Positions 36,104 through 37,122 of a stretch of DNA of 37,122 nucleotides are shown here, piece by piece. The DNA is taken from NCBI GenBank assembly GCA_049322255.1, contig JBMORE010000127.1, positions 62,001 through 99,122 of the forward strand, read 5' to 3'. The position numbers and the translations under genes were made by a program. Within the stretch, counting starts at the first letter, position 1. The number at the start of each line of letters is the position of its first letter. The notes under the pieces were generated by a model, which was not told the DNA's origin, searched no databases, and saw nothing but the letters and a program-made list of their open reading frames with translations. This DNA is from Myxococcota bacterium (GTDB taxonomy: Bacteria > Myxococcota > Myxococcia > Myxococcales > Myxococcaceae).

Positions 36104-36985
36104 GTGCTCCCCAAGGAGCTCATCAAGCGCATTCGCAAGCTGGAAATCGCCACCCGCAAGGCGGTCTCCGACATGCTCGCCGGGCAGTACCACTCGGTAT
36201 TCAAGGGCCGCGGCATGGCCTTTTCCGAGGTGCGCCAGTACCAGCCGGGGGACGAGATTCGCGTCATCGACTGGAACGTCACCGCGCGCATGAACGACGC
36301 CTACGTGAAGGTCTTCACCGAGGAGCGCGAGCTCACCGTGATGCTCTTGGTCGATGTCTCCGCCTCCAAAGATTTCGGTACCTGCGCGCGCAGCAAGGCG
36401 GAGATGGCGGCGGAGATTTCGGCGCAGATCGCCTTCTCGGCGATCGCCAACAACGACCGGGTGGGGCTGGTGCTCTTCTCCGACCAAGTGGAGAAGGTCA
36501 TTCCCCCCAAGAAGGGTCGTAAGCATGTCTTACGGGTGGTGAGCGACATTCTCTCCTACCGGCCCGCGCGCAAAGGCACCGACCTTTCCGCCGGTCTCAC
36601 CTACCTCTCGCGCCTGGTGAAACGAAGGAGCGTCACCTTCCTCGTCTCCGACTTTCTGGCCACCGGCTACGAGACGGCGCTCAAGCTGGTGGGCCAAAAG
36701 CACGACCTGGTGCCGGTGGTCATTTCCGATCCGCTCGAGTCTGCGTTCCCCAAACTGGGCCTGGTCGATTTGGAGGACCCGGAGACCGGCGAGCGCGCGC
36801 TCGTCGACACCTCCGATCCGATGGTGCGAGGCGTGTTCGCGCGTTCCATGCAGCAGCGCCGCGAGGAGCGCCGCAAGCTCTTCAAGAAGCTCGAGCTGGA
36901 CCACGTGGAGCTCGACGCCGGAAGCGACTACGGCGGCGCGTTGGCGCGCTTCTTCAGGGCCCGGGCCCGGCGCATGGCGGCGTGA
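36104..36985 (+). CDS. DUF58 (vWA-like) protein of MoxR/Bat operons
   Basis: GQYHSVFKGRGMAFSEVRQYQPGDEIRVIDWNVTAR, VDVSAS, NDRVG and SDF motifs. Confidence 0.95.
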   Translation: MLPKELIKRIRKLEIATRKAVSDMLAGQYHSVFKGRGMAFSEVRQYQPGDEIRVIDWNVTARMNDAYVKVFTEERELTVMLLVDVSASKDFGTCARSKAEMAAEISAQIAFSAIANNDRVGLVLFSDQVEKVIPPKKGRKHVLRVVSDILSYRPARKGTDLSAGLTYLSRLVKRRSVTFLVSDFLATGYETALKLVGQKHDLVPVVISDPLESAFPKLGLVDLEDPETGERALVDTSDPMVRGVFARSMQQRREERRKLFKKLELDHVELDAGSDYGGALARFFRARARRMAA

Positions 36986-36998
36986 GGCGAAAGCGGCG

Positions 36999-37122
36999 CT
37001 AGAGAGCTGACCCGGTTAGGTCGAGTGAGGCGAGGGCCCGAAGGTTGACGAGGGCGGCATGTCGTCGTTGGTCGAAGAGGTTCTTCCGGATGCCGCGGTA
37101 ACGGGCTCGCTTCCCTGAGCGG
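36999..37122 (-). mobile_element. End of an insertion sequence: C-terminus of an IS1182/IS5-like DDE transposase (truncated by the window edge)
   Basis: Minus strand 37121-36999 reads RSGKRARYRGIRKNLFDQRRHAALVNLRALASLDLTGSAL*. RARYRG..KN....A...NL is a typical C-terminal motif of these transposases, and the stop lies in a terminal CTAG. Confidence 0.7.

Overview
A GC-rich bacterial chromosomal window with a Myxococcota-like gene set (Cys-rich repeat lipoproteins, PilZ protein, Hanks kinase with a membrane anchor, GCxC lipoboxes). In order it carries: two tandem Cys-rich repeat proteins; rarA; nucleoside-salvage genes (PNP, PilZ, cdd, MtaD/DadD-like deaminase); a lipoprotein lipase-fadL-DUF2652 operon; a Uma2 nuclease; a six-repeat lipoprotein; a NatAB-type ABC exporter split by an antisense orphan; an ~11.4 kb co-directional run from pspA (ESCRT-III family) through a substrate-binding protein, ABC system and Ser/Thr kinase to a classical AAA ATPase; an MltD-like gene; a tetraheme cytochrome and receiver protein; a fis-like gene followed by hicAB and vapB/pseudo-vapC; a ZIP transporter, GGDEF-family protein, moxR and DUF58; and the 3' end of an IS transposase at the right edge. 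The most striking structure is a 512-bp, integrase-free, lower-GC cassette. It carries an uncharacterised two-gene toxin/antitoxin-like pair and sits between two copies (35/37 identical, both differences synonymous) of the last 12 codons of the substrate-binding gene. BoxC-like palindromes occur in the same operon, two of them inside the termini of one lipoprotein CDS. All family assignments are by eye from motifs; no database searches were run.
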